Shown here piece by piece: positions 46,530 through 59,900 of a stretch of DNA of 64,000 bases. The stretch lies in contig CP110439.1 in the NCBI GenBank assembly GCA_026914245.1, forward strand, positions 2,418,001-2,482,000, read 5' to 3'. The stretch comes from Puccinia triticina. Taxonomy: Eukaryota. How positions within the stretch are numbered: the stretch's first letter is position 1; the number at the start of each line of letters is the position of its first letter. Below the pieces are notes generated by a model. It was not told the origin of the DNA. It did not search any database and worked only from the letters and a program-made list of their open reading frames with translations. A program made the position numbers and the translations under genes.

Positions 46530-49500
46530 TCATCCGGTCATTTCTTCATCTGATTTGTCTTCTTTGCTTGAGTTGGACTCTGAACTGTCTGTGAGAGATT
46601 CTAGGATGGAATGATCTATATCAAGAGACATCGAGTTCATATATTTCTGGTTCTGTTCGTGCATAGAGTAGATTCCCGGTACATGTGGCTTGAATCTATT
46701 GAGTCCATGCACCCCCTTTGTGAACTCCTTTTGAAGCTTTAGTATACCACTGACATAGAAATCCTTTGTTTGTTCCGGCTCATATTCACCAGGATCCTCT
46801 TGACCTAGATTCTCCCTGTTAGCAATTCTGATGAAGTTGATGATTGATTGATTGTTTAATTTATTCTTGTGCGATTGATGAGTAACGTTGGTACCAGACT
46901 CAATCTTGAGCAGCTTTAAAAGGAAGGAAAGCTGCATAAACCAATATTGCTTTATTCAGCAATGTGGCGCACTCATTAGAGATGGATAAAATTTAACGTA
47001 CAATTGGTATGTTGCTGGAAAAAACATCCTTGAGGCGGTCAATTTCGGTCCCAATTCCAGAGTGGTTAAAAAAATACTTTAACATATAATTCTGGATCTC
47101 AAGGAAAAAGTCAGTCGCCACGAAATGGTTGGCGCGTCCGGTTGGCGATATTAACAAAGAATTCAGTATTACTATCCGCAGTGAAGGTGTCAAAACCTCC
47201 TTGATCAATAAGATCAATTTCGGGAGGTGCTTTGAGTAATGCGGTAATTTTGGGAGGGCCTGCCCCATTACAGCCCATCTTTCCCACATGAAGATCAGTC
47301 TTCCAGGATCCCCTGCCTTCATTGCTCAATTAGCCTCAATAACGGTTGCAAAGTCCCGCACACGCAAAAGCATGTTCAAATGCGCTGGAGACTTGGCGGC
47401 CAGAGTAGATCTGCGGGCCTTGCCTGAACAGTAACGCTTGAAGGTGAGCTGTACCACCTCGTCGATTTTCTCCGATGACATCCCACAAAGTTTCTCGCTC
47501 AATTATGGTGTTCAAAGTTGGTTTGTATAATTTTATGCATGCATAAATCATAAAATCATAAAATCTTTTTTGCAGGGGATATGACTGTCTGATTATGTAA
47601 TACAAAATTTCCTCACCGAAATGTTTTTATGATTTTATGATTTATGCATGCATAAAATTATGCAAACCAACTTTGAACACCATAAATGGCTCGTGCTGTT
47701 TGTTCAGCACACACCTGTAAATATGAGTCCAATGAGTCTTTCACTAAACCTATGTATGATCTAAACTGTATACATATCAACTTAAAATATTAGAAATAGT
47801 AAGGTGGCCTCGTGTATTTTCTCCATATGGGATAACATTAAGTTGTAATCTTTTTTGGTGACTGGTTTCTCCGCCGAAATCCCTAAAGCACTGAGAGTCC
47901 GCCATGCGCCGGTATTGCGCGCGACTTTCTCCTCACCCCAATCCGCCAGAAAGATAGCCTGTGCCATATTCCACAGAGTATGGGCTGCGCCGGGAATGGG
48001 CAGGATATTATCCAAGGATGTGTGATCATGTCTCCCGGGTACTCGCTGCCTTCTGAGTGAATCAAAGATGTTGCAAGATCCAAGGTCGCCCTCTATTATC
48101 TGAAGGTTGGAATGGAACTGCTGGGCAGTCAAGCCCGATTGCTGAATTAGGCCAGTGAAAACTTCTCCAACACCCTGTACTGCTGAATTGTCTGATGCAA
48201 CCATCAATTTTAACATCATGATATCTGGGCTGTCCGGATCGTTAGGAAGTACCAAAGGTGGATCTTTATATAGTGGGGTGCAAGTGTCAGTAGGTTTGGC
48301 AATATAATTAAGCATCACTTGGGTAATTTGGGACTTCAAGGTCAATTCAAAGTGCCGTGTGCTCTCCGCGGTTGGAGCAAAGGCAGCGGGCTGTATCTTG
48401 AGTTTTGAAGCCTTGTGTAGGGCCTGGTTAAGGGCTTCAGTAGTCATTTCTGCTTGGTTTAGTGCCGGTATAATCCTTGAAGGTATGGAGTGGATGTACC
48501 CCCACGTTCCATGAAACATGACATTACCATGCCCGACTGACTTCATGTGAACCTTCTGCTGAAATTCCAGATTGTCAAAACAAATCAATGGGGCCAGCTC
48601 CCCAGATTTTGTCTTAGCAAAACGCGCTATTATGTTGTCCTCTGCCTCCCGTCCTAATGAACTAAGTGCAATGTGCGCAGTCTTTCGCGAAGAGGTTAAA
48701 CCAAGGTAGTTGGGGTACGTGTTGACCCTCTCAGACACCCCGGCGGCAATGAAAATTAATGAATTGCTGATTTGAAAGGCATTCTGAAGTTGGTTGCACC
48801 CAAAGGAAACCATTGCGCAGATTGTCCTCGCCAACTGCAAAGCATTTCAAGGTCAGCTCAAAATTGCGGACGTTGACACATTCAAGATTTGAGACCCACA
48901 GTTTGGGCCCGTAGAGGCTTTCGGACAGCAGGATCTGAGCTTTTTGCCAGAGGTACCCCTTCATACTTGTTGACATTGGTCTCAGTGAGGTTGATTCTTT
49001 CTTTTGGCGCTGTGGTCTTGTCACTCTCATTGATAACTTCTTCTTCTTCTTCTTCCTCGGTGGGCACTAGAGGGGCTAGCTTGTCTGCAAACTAGTCCGG
49101 TAGACCGCAATCTTCGTTGACAAGATCCCCCTCTTCATCTGGGAGTTCTTCGTTCACCCACAGCTTGTTTTTCAGTAATTTATATAGGAACGGCATAGAG
49201 TTTTTTAGGTCCTTGTTTCTTGCAACTCGTTCCTCATCAGTAAAAAAGCTGGATTTAAGATGTTGTGAGTTGACATAGGAACCATGAGGGTATGCCCCTC
49301 TTCGTGGGACCTCTGAAATCACAATATTGCAGGCCAACCTGTGCGCGATGCCCACAGTCGGCGCTTTGAAGCCAGTCCCATCTCATCATAGGTGAGAAAT
49401 TCAGTGATGAAACTTTTTGGAGTCAAATTGAATGATTTGATTGTGGCACACGACATGTTCAGTTTGTAAAGCATGGTGTTCCTAACCAAGGGGACATTAG

Positions 49501-49537
49501 ACTCCAGGACTTGAGGCGCAGGAAATTCAAGCTCCAT
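46530..49537 (-). pseudogene. Academ-type (DUF6589-like) transposase, fragmented
   Basis: CFDNLEF, EGDLGS, PGAAHTLWN, KAGDPGR, DFFLEIQN; introns, frameshifts, a TGA stop, MITE insertion. Confidence 0.75.
47504..47684. mobile_element. MITE, 181 bp, ~60-bp TIR, AAT TSD
   Basis: TATGGTGTTCAAAGTTGGTTTG / CAAACCAACTTTGAACACCATA; removal with one AAT restores frame CVLNKQHEPLSEKL. Confidence 0.88.
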
Positions 49538-50076
49538 GATGTCGTCGGATTATGCAGTGCAAGGTGTTGGGGAGGCAATGTTGGAGACTGTTGGAAAAGT
49601 CGGGTATTTTCCATGGACTTTGCACTCGCCCTCACTCGCCTTGCACGTAGACTAAGAATTTACAAATGAGTTACACGAATGGGCACGGGGCTGCAACTCC
49701 GAAGTTTTTCGAATACTTGTTTCATGTCACATTCTGTATTGGTGCTATGCATAACGAGGCTCAAAACCAGGTTGCCCAATCCTCAACCTTTGAAAATTAT
49801 TTAAAAATAGGAGAGTGGCTGGAGGGGAATGAAAAATCAACAAGCAGATAGCCAAGACCCAAGCGGTCATAGGGATGTGAACCACATGCTGATAAGTGCA
49901 AGGAGTTGGGAGGAATGTCTGTTTTAAAAAAGTCCCCGCCAAAAAATGAAATGCTGTCAGCCTCCAAGTCCGTTTAGCACGTAAGTCCCTCCCTCCGGTC
50001 GGCGCAATGCGACCAGTGTTTTACCCCTCCACAGGTAGGAGGGTGGGACTTAGTTAAGTTAGGTTGACCTGACACT

Positions 50077-50388
50077 ATGAACAAACATAGTAACACTTCC
50101 GTCGAAACGGACGGTAAGTTACCTTCTATTTCGGTTACTTCGAGGCTACACCACCGAGCTGACACTCCGTTACGGTCCCGGCCCAATGCGCCACACTACG
50201 TGTTCGATGGCGCAAAGTACCTGTGTAAAGCCTGCCCTCGTGCCAAGGGGGCCGTGAGCTGGGGCTCTCACATGCGAAAACCCGCACACCAAATTAACCG
50301 CGCTCGGCGGACAGAAGAGTCCGCCAGGGCCCTGGAAAGGGCAAGAGATGACTCCGACCGAGGCGACCACCAAATTCAACGGGGCTAA
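50077..50388 (+). CDS. Short ORF with a CxxC...H...H zinc-finger-like motif, probably a truncated TE gene
   Basis: YLCKACPRAKGAVSWGSHMRKPAH. Confidence 0.35.
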   Translation: MNKHSNTSVETDGKLPSISVTSRLHHRADTPLRSRPNAPHYVFDGAKYLCKACPRAKGAVSWGSHMRKPAHQINRARRTEESARALERARDDSDRGDHQIQRG

Positions 50389-50726
50389 TCATTTACCAGA
50401 TGCGTTGTTTTGGCTGGTTATTGGGCCAACCAGAGACCCGTTGGGAGTTTGGTAGAGCAATTTTTGAGGGTCCCGCTAAGCGGTGAAGCCAAACGGCCCA
50501 CTCTGGCAAAGTGACTTTCTCAAAATAAAAGGCAACTGAACCGGTCGGGTCTATACCACGGGCCTCATCCGGGCCAGGCCTGACAGCCGGGCACCGAGCG
50601 CGGGTGCTGAGACCGTGGATGACTGCTGCGTGGGCTGCGGCCCCGTTAAACCTAATTTTTAGAGTTCAGGATGCACGATGGCAAACTTTGGTGGTTATCT
50701 ATGTACTTAGATCACATGTACAGAAA

Positions 50727-52861
50727 TGTTTTAGCTTCCGTCAGTGACAGGTCCAAACCCTAACCCTGTCACTGCCAGGTACGTACAGTCAGGCTCTTGC
50801 ACGCCCGGGATCCTTTCTCTTTCCTCACCGAGATTGGATACCGGGATCGACATGTGGAGAGCTGACCGCCGCCGGACTGTACCGTGCAGGTTAGTCAACC
50901 ATGCTTAGCAATTTACACTGAGATTGGATACCGGGATCGACACGTGGAGAGCTGACCGCCGCCGGACTGTACCGTGCAGCTTCCGAGCCTTTATAGGTTA
51001 AAAGCCGCTCTTTCTCCAGGCCATGTTTGTCATAGGATAAGTTCCAAATCTACGGGAGGTCGGTAGATGAACAGGTTACAACAGGATATAGAAACAGATC
51101 GAATCTGCTTAAGGGAAGAAGGAATCCCAGAAGAGGAAATCAAAAGAATCTTACAGGAACGTTACCCCCAACCCCACATCCATCCCCCCATCCCGACCGA
51201 AATGGCTGCCAACCCAAACGTTGCACTCGCCAACCTCCAACGCCAAATGGCCAATATGACGGCCGAGCTAAATCGTCTGAAAGCGGCCCCGCCTCATGTA
51301 CACGATCCGGTGTCTGCCGCTGTCTGAGCACAAGAACATCGCCAGGAGCTCATACTTGGTAGTTTCCTGAAGTCACCACTCAAGTTGCACCGAGAGGTGA
51401 ATCCCGACCATGTCGTTCTGTCGTTCAATTCGGCGAACTATGCACAGTGGGAGGAATCGATTGAAGCAACGCTTCAGTATGCGTTCTCTGTCACTGAGCC
51501 CATGATTGTAAAGACGAACAGTTTCACCGACCTGGCGACCGAATACAACCACGCGATTGCTAGCCTGATGAAGAACACAATCAACAAGTCGCTGCTTGGG
51601 ATCATCAAAGCTGCCGGCCATAAAACCGCAAAATCCATCTTCGAGGCATTGAAACTCAAGTGCCAGAGATCTGATCAACGTCATAAGATTGGTTTGATGA
51701 CGAACTTGATGGAACTAGCGAACAACACTGGCATAGCAAATGAGGTGACAATGTCAGCGTGGGCTAAATGCATGAGTGAACTCGAGCAGTCAAAACTCAC
51801 TCTAAACGAGGCGGTTGGGATTCTTCTCCAAATGAGTTTCAAACCGGTCACCGGTACGGAATTGACAAAGTTTGAATTCTTGGTCGATCAGAACTTTAAC
51901 AACAAAAAGGACCCGTCTTTCGCCGATGTCGCTACGGTCATTCAAGCTGCCACCGGGAAAGTCAGTAAAAAGGGAGTCGATAGCATGGCGATGGACCTTG
52001 ATTGCATTCATGCTTTCAACCAAGGCAGAGGGAAATATGTTACACCTCAACGCCGTACCCCCGCCGATAAGTCATTGAAACTCAATCATCCACGATTTGC
52101 CGTTGAAAGGGCCGAGTATTACAAAGGGAAAGGCCAGACTGAAGCGCAGACCAAGCAATACGGAACTGAATGTGCATACTGCTTGGAAGATGGCCACTGG
52201 ATCGCGGATTGCTCAGAATATTGGCAAGCAGTGGCCATGAAGAAAACCAGCCCGCCCCCTCTGGATTTTGAGTCGAAAGATTCAAAGTACATCCCCCCCT
52301 AGCGATCCAAAAATCATGTGTGAAAAGTGAACTTCCCTGGCGTAACTGAAGGTGTCCTCCTTGACTCCGGTGCATCTGCGCATGTGAGTGGCGACTCCTC
52401 TTTTTTCGAACCGACCCGCAAGCTGACGGCCCCACGCACATTCTATCTTGCCGTAACCGACTGCAACGTTACCGTGACTGACGTTGGAAGAGTGACGATC
52501 CCGACGCCAACGGGGAAAATTGTGATTGATGAAGTCTACTTTGTGCCAGGCGTAGATGGAATCATCTTGTCGACGGGCCGATTGATTGCGGCGGGTTGGA
52601 GATTGCAGTATGAGGGGACCGATGCAACCTTACTCGATCCTTGTAATAATCGTTACACAACAATTTTCCACAATTATTGTTGGTCCCTAGAAACAACCAA
52701 GAATCGCTCTTATGTCAATAAAGTCTCCCAATTGCCATATTTTGATCCATATAAATGGCACTTGCACCTTGGTCACGCTTCGGATGAGATTGTGAAACGC
52801 TATTTGAGGATAAATTACGCCGAAGTCAAGCTTAAATGGTCTGAGTTCTTCTGTGACCGCT
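50727..52861 (+). mobile_element. 5' part of Ty1/Copia (Copia-C, related to Copia-B), interrupted by Gypsy-2; LTR start uncertain
   Basis: LTR ends TTATA at 50995; PBS GGTTAAAAGCC; gag and protease follow. Confidence 0.85.
51067..52861 (+). pseudogene. gag-pol: Copia-C gag, protease and start of integrase, with stops
   Basis: CAYCLEDGHWIADC, LLDSGASAHV, WHLHLGH..FFC. Confidence 0.88.
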
Positions 52862-54391
52862 TGTCACACGGCGCCTGGTACAGGCAGGCGGGTGGGCACT
52901 TAGACGAAAGAGAAAAGGATATGGAGACACTAACAGCGGAGAAAGAGGAGGCTGAGAGTGTCTTCTGTTTTGGAGAGAAATGCGCTTTGATAACTTGGAC
53001 TTTAAGTCAGAACACTAGAAGGGGGACGAAGTGGCAAAGGCACGGAAGGCAGCCAGAGGTGCTAGAAACTATAATCTTAATTTGATGAGGGAGAACAAAA
53101 TCATACAACATCGTAGGCTTTATAGATGATGAGAGCCCACATGCGGGTATTCCATAGAAGAAAACAGGGAAAGTTTTTGCATAATGAAATGAGAAAGGAA
53201 CGATGGTGCCTTTCGAGTCCCGAGAGCCCTTTGTCGGCTGAATTCTGAAGGTGGCTGCGAAATGACCGTGAGTAGGGCGAGGGGTATGTGCTACAAAGTC
53301 ATGCGCCGAGAGATGTGAGACTAGAATCAAGACCGAAAAGAAATCCGATGAACTAGTGTTTGCCTCAACAACCTGCGAGTCGCACTAGTCAAAATAATGA
53401 GTAATTGACTAGATGCGTTTTTGAGAATTCAAGCAAGGGATTGAGAGGGTTATTGATCTCTTGCTGCTTGAGAAATAATGTGGACGGCCTAGAAAGGTTA
53501 TTGGCCAAACACAATTCGTATTGAGTTTGCTGAATTCTTTCGCCACAATGATTGGTGTTCGTCCATCCAATCCGTCGTATGACAGGTGCCCGGGTTGAAG
53601 AAAAGCGAAGGTCCCAAGAGCGATAATCCAAAATATTTTCCCCACCTCTTCCAACCTCCATCGCCGCCCCATTCTACTCGCATCAATCCATTGAATCGTC
53701 CTACAACCCCATCACCCGATCCACGTTTGTCGTCCAAACCGAAGAAGAGTAATTGTTGAAGTCGTCGAAAGAAAAGAATGAATATGATTTGATGACAATT
53801 TTTTAAATGAAGAAGGAAAAAGTTGGATTTTTTTTTTTTTTTTTTTTTACTAGAACCGAGTAAGTAGGAAATGAAGCAGGAAGTGATTTTGTAATGAGGC
53901 ATAAGAAAATGAGTGGACAAGCGATGTGGTGTTGAATGAATTATCAGAAGATTGATGTCGATGAAATGAGTTCCAAAAAACTGTCGAGCGATGTCGGCGA
54001 ATGATTTTGAGAGAGCTGATGAATGATGTTGTTGAATAATTTGAGAGAGTTGATGAATGATGTTGTCAAATCATTTGAGAGAATTGATGTTTGATGTTGT
54101 TGAATAATTTGAGAGAATAGATGTTTGAGATGAAAAAGAAGAGAAAAACCAGTGAATAGAGAACCGAGAAAAGAAAATTGGCGAACGCAAGAAAGTTGAG
54201 TAATAAAAAATCGGAAAGAAAAAAGGAAAAGCAATCATTAATTTGTTTGTTATTTTATGTTATATACATTTTTTTTTTTTTTTTTTTTTTCATAGAATGG
54301 GAAAAAGAAAAGGAAAGGAAAAGGAAAGGAAAAGGAAAAGAAAAGGAAAGGAAAAGGAAAGGCATGATGTCCAGACATTGCAATGTTAAGG

Positions 54392-56995
54392 TCAAGGTTT
54401 GTCCGGGTAAGAAGAGTGAAAAATCTTCAACAACTCCGGACAGTTGGTCAGATTAGAGGCTGGCTCCCAAGTTGTGCGGTCTGAGTCGTCCATGTATCCA
54501 GACCACTCGACCAAGTACTGAAGACGTCCCCGTCGTCGCCGGCTATCAAGGATAGCGGAGACCTTCCATTCAAGATGATCTTGCACTTCAACGGGTTCTG
54601 GGGGTGGTTGAGATTTGCCGGGGAATGGCGGTGCTGAAGGCGACAGAAGTGAAACGTGAAAAACCGGGTGAATGCGTGACCAGGAATCGGGCAATTTCAA
54701 CCAGAAAGCGTTTTTTGAAACCACCAAGATGATCTCAAAAGGCCCGAATTTCTTCTCTGAAAGTTTCTTGGTAGGCCGGGTCGATCTAATATTTGAAGCG
54801 TCTAGCCAAACAAAGTCGCCTTCAGAAAATTGAGGAGGTGCGAGTCGATGTTGATCCGCCGCCGTCTTGTATCGGTCATTGGTGGCCTCCAAGTTCTTCT
54901 TGATGTCTTGCTGCGCCAATTCGATATTCCATAGATAATCCGAGGCCAGTTGCGATTTGTCCACGTGAATCGAGTCAAAAACCGGATGTCGTCCGTAAAG
55001 CGTGAAAAATGGAGAATACTTTGTGGCCGAATGAGTCAAATTGTTGTATGAAAATTTGGCCAGAGGGAGCCAAGAACTCCAGTCGTCCTGCTGGTAGTTG
55101 ACAAACATTCGTAGATACTGCTCCAGGATCTGATTGATTCACTCTGTTTGTCCATCTGATTCAGGATGGTACGCTGTGGACAGGTTCCAGGTAATCTTGA
55201 GTTGATTACACAAACTGGTCCAGAACATAGAGACAAATAACGATCCTCTGTCCAAAACTATGTCCGAAGGCAGTCCGTGTTTTGAAAATACGAATTCGAC
55301 GTAGAGGTTTGCCAACTCTTCAGCTGTAGCCGTCGTCTTGGTTTTGATGAATAGGGCCATTTTGGAAAAACGGTCCACAATTACTAAGATTGCGTCAAAA
55401 CCGTTTGAATTTGGTAATTGCAAAATAAAATCCATGGAAAGAGAGTCCCACGGACGAGGGGGAATTGGGAGAGGTTGAAGCAAGCCGTATTTCTTGTGTC
55501 TAGGAGTTTTGTTACGTTGGCAATGATAACAGCTTGACACGTAATCGCGGATATCCTTAGTCATTCTTGGCCAATAGAAATCACAAGAGATTAGTTGCTG
55601 CGTCTTGTCTTGACCAAAATGACCGGCCAATGGCGAATCGTGGCGAGATGACAAAACCTCCAATTTCATAGAGTCATCGTCCGGAACATACATCCGCTCA
55701 TCGTAGAGCAACAAGTTTGTCTTGTTGTCCAAAGTGAAACGCTTGCGACATCTTCCTTTCTTCAAGTCCTCAATGATGTTCTTCAATCTTGCATTGTTCA
55801 GCTGCGCCAGTCGGAAGGAGTCCAAACGGTCCCCTAGAATGTCGGTCGAAATTGAGAACAGCGTGACCAAGCCATCATCCCGAGTTTTGAATAGTTGTCA
55901 AACGTTGTCCGGATTCTTGTCTGCAAATGTCTCCCCGGATCTGGGGTAGACATCCTCTCTACGTGTCAGAGCGTTGGGTAGACACGATAAACGTCCGGGA
56001 CAGAAGGTGATGATAAAATTAAATTGGCCGAGAAACTCAGCCCAACGGGCCTGTTGGCGCGTGAGAACTTTAGTTATCATGAAATATTTCAGCGCGTCAT
56101 GATCTGTGATGACTTCAAAAGTGGAAGAGACGCTGAATAGATATGCGCGCCACTTTTGCAAACAGAAAATTATTGCCAGGAGTTCTTTATCATGAATTTC
56201 ATAGTTCAGTTCTCCCGCTTTCAACTTCCGGCTTTCAAAAGCTACTGGGTGTTTGGAAGATTGCACCAGCGCTTCAGCAAACTGAGACAAGACACCTGCG
56301 ATAGCATAATCGCTCGCGTCTGTCTCCACTAAAGTGTGAAAGGAACTGTCAAAATGACTTAAAATAGGAGCAGTCGTAAAACGTCGCTTAAGCTCCTCAA
56401 ACTCATGTCGAGCTTGATTGGTGAAGACAAACGGTGCGTCTTTCTTTACGAGCGCATTCAGATTTGTGATCGTGCCGGCATAGTCTTGAATAAACCTTTG
56501 ATAAAAGTTCGCAAAACCCAGGAAAGACTGAACGCCTTTAACTGAGCTTGGTTCAGGCCAATCCAGAATGCGTTGCACCTTGTCCGAATCCATAGTAAGA
56601 CCCGAACAATTGAGAACGTAACCTAGGAAAGTAACTTCCGTGGCATGAAAAACACACTTCAACCCCTTTGCATAAAGGTTATTGCTATGAAGTCTCTGAA
56701 GTACTTCTTTAACATGCCCTTCATGGTCGGATCGGGAGCGTGAATAAATAAGAATGTCATCCAAATACACAACGACACAAACGTTGACTAAATCTCCCAG
56801 AATTTCATTCATCAAGGCATGGAAAGTGGCAGGAGCGTTGGTAAGTCCAAAAGGCATTACCAAGTACTCAAAAGCGCCATGACGGGTATTAAACGCCGTT
56901 AGATATTCATGGCCTTCAGCTATCCTGATTAAGTGATATGCGCCTCGAAGGTCGATTTTCGAGAAGACTTGCGTGTCAGCAAAAGTGGTGAGGAG
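54392..56995 (-). pseudogene. pol: Gypsy-2 RT, RNase H, integrase and chromodomain
   Basis: MPFGLTNAP, YLDD, TDASD, HDSPLAGH..CYHC, GPF, chromodomain ILDSRRRRGRLQYLVEWSGY..TWEP; several stops. Confidence 0.93.
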
Positions 56996-59900
56996 TTTTG
57001 ATACTTGACGAGGAAGAAGGAAAAAACCCGTGACGTGTCATTGCTCCCGCGGCTCCACCTCTTGACTCCCCTGGCACTCCAGGTTTGGAGTTTGTACACC
57101 CGCAACACCCCCCCTCAAACTCCACACCTGAGACTAAATACAAGATGAGTCAGAAAGAAAAGAAAAAAAAGAGATGGAAATAGATGGAATCAATCAGAAC
57201 AGGAAAATTGTGTGGAAAAATTTTTATGAAAGAGTATAGTGGGAATGGAAAATAGGAGAGGGAACAGGATTAGGAAACAGGGACTTGGGAAATAAGATCT
57301 GAATGTTGGTGAGCGCCTAAACTTTTGGTGAGGAAGTCGGCCAGGTTCTGCTTGGTTGAAACCCAATCAATGTCAATTTTGTGTTGTCGGATTGTATCAT
57401 TGATGAAGAAGAAGTTGCGTTCGATGCTCTTGAGGCTTGATTTAGAACCATTGTCATTTGCTACTAGAACTGCAGCCTTGTTGTCACATAGCAGCTTGCA
57501 CTTTGCGTCAGGGATGATTGACCGTAGTATGTGGAGGAGGAATAGTTTGAATTCAACGGCGCCTCCCAATGCGATGAATTCGGCACCGCATGTCGATTTT
57601 GCGACAGTCTTCTGTCTTCTGGATCCCCATGCAATCGGACAGCCAAAGAGTTTGATTATGAAACCTGAAGTGGATCGTTGAAATTCTCCTCCCCAACTGG
57701 CGTCTGTCCACGTTGTGAGATTTGTGTTGTCGGGTTTGAAAATTAATTTCCGGTCCTTGGTTGTTTTGACATATCGCATCAAGTGGTGTAACGCGTTCCA
57801 ATGGGTGTTATTTGGTCTAGAGCTGAATCTCGCTAGGTAGTTAACCGAGTATGATATGTCCGGACGTGTCCCCAGCGCGAGGTAGTTGAGATATCCAATG
57901 TAAGATTGAAAATCTGTCGGGTTGATAGATTCTGATTCAGATGTTACGAGGTCGGTTGATGTCAACGGTGTTGCAGTGTTGTAGTGGCGAAAGTTGAATT
58001 GGTTGTTGTATTTTGCGAGAACTTGATCCGTCAGTAAAGGCTGTGACAAGGTCAATTTGTCTCCTGACTGCTCAATCTTCAATCCAACTATCTTGTCGGG
58101 TTTGTCAAACCATTTCACTCGAAGGGATTTTTCAAGGTTATCTTGGAGGATTTTGACATGACTAGCGGAGTTGCTGAATACGATCCCATTGTCAACGTGA
58201 ATCCAGACAATAACAATCTGGGAACCATTCTGGAATTTATACAAGCACTCTTCTACTTCATCGCAAGTGAACCCCCAGTGTTCGAGGAGTGATCTGAAAT
58301 GTTTCCACCAGCAACGGCTGGCCTGTCAAGTACCATAAAGAGCCTTTTTCAGTCGCAACACTTTTCCTTTCAAGTGTGGAAACAGCTCTATTGGAGGATC
58401 CATGTAGATGAGTTCATCAATAGGACTGTGGACGAATGCTCCCGTTATGTCGAAAGCATTGATTGACCATTTAAACTTGATAGCCATGGCGAACAAGAGC
58501 CGGAGAGAAGATAGTGACGCCGTTGGTGCAAACGTGGATCGGACGTCGTGTCCTAGACGTTGTTTGAACCCACGAACTACAAAACGAGCTTTGGGTTTCT
58601 CAATGTTACCATCTGAATCACGTTTTAGATCAAAGACAAACCTAGTGCCGATCGAATATTTCTCGGCACAATCCTCCACCTCCCACGTATCAATTTCTTC
58701 GAGCTGTTTCCATTCAGCTAGACAAGCGTTGCGCCAGTATTCAGCTCTGGTTGATGATAGGGCTTGCTTGAGGTTGTCTGGGATCTCAACATCGTGGTTG
58801 GCAGGGATTTTGTTGATCATGTTGTCTTGCTCTTCACAGATTACTTTGATCGGTACTTGACCGAGATTGAGCGCTGATCGGATGTGTTGCGGCGAAGAGG
58901 TATCAGAAATTAACGGTTTGCCTTGAAAGTCGACAAACGTAGCACACTCTGACGTATAGGTCTTCATTGTGGTTGGATTCCAGAATACCCAGCCTCGTCC
59001 ATCTGATTGATATCCTACGAGATGACCGATCCACCCTTGTACGTCGAGTTTCCTTCGTCTTTCCTTGGGAATGTGTACCGAAGCGCGCGCACCAAATGGA
59101 AAAATGGATTATGGATGGGGATCTTTGTCTGACCAAAGTTTCAAGGGAGTGGAATCCTTTACTCGAGAGTTGGGAATTCGGTTAGCGATCCAGCAGGCGC
59201 ATGTGTACGCATACAACCAGAGGTTTTGAGGAAGGTTCGATTGAAGCAGCATTGTACGAGCCATATTGCCCAATGTTCTATTCAGACGTTCGGCTTCGCC
59301 GTTCTGTTTGGGTGTGTACGGAGAAGAGAAGATTATTTGGGTACCATTTTCAGAAGCTATTGTTGATAGATTTGTTGAGTGATATTCTTGGGCATTATCA
59401 CATCGCAAAAATTTTGGAGCCGATCCGAAGCGGTTTTTCAATGTGCGGATAAGGGAAATAAGGGATGGGTTGACTTCAGCCCTGGTCTTCATGGGAATGG
59501 CAAAGGAGAATGTGGTATGATGGTCTCTAGCGGTGAGGATATACCGGTTGCCATGTATGTCCGGATCCAACGGTCCCAGGACGTCCGTGACTAAGAGATC
59601 GAGCTTGGAATCTCGCGGGATAATTTCTGGGATTCCTGCTCGGCGTCTTTCGCTTTTGGATGTTCGGCAATATTCACAAATAAACGGGGACCAGGACTTG
59701 AGACTGAAAGAAGGAACGTAGATTTTGAGAAATGATTTTACAACATCGTCTGACACGTGTCCGAGGCGACAGTGCCAGCGATACGATTCGGAATATGGTT
59801 CAAGATGAGCCTGGGGATTTGGGGTGGGTATGTGTAGATGGCTGGAAGTTTGCGATTGGGTTACTGCTTGGACTTTAGGAGTTGTTGCGGTTATAGATGA

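Larger units (their letters stand above)
43293..50062. mobile_element. AcademH-type DNA transposon, 6770 bp
   Basis: Perfect 18-bp TIR CTAACTTAACTAAGTCCC; 9-bp TSD GTTGACCTG (43284-43292, 50063-50071); convergent RecQ-like helicase and transposase genes. Confidence 0.88.

Noticed and set aside
54268..54362. Poly-T and (GGAAA)n tracts, plus poly-C runs at 1057, 14287 and 28656
   Set aside because: Simple repeats with no further structure; lengths may be unreliable
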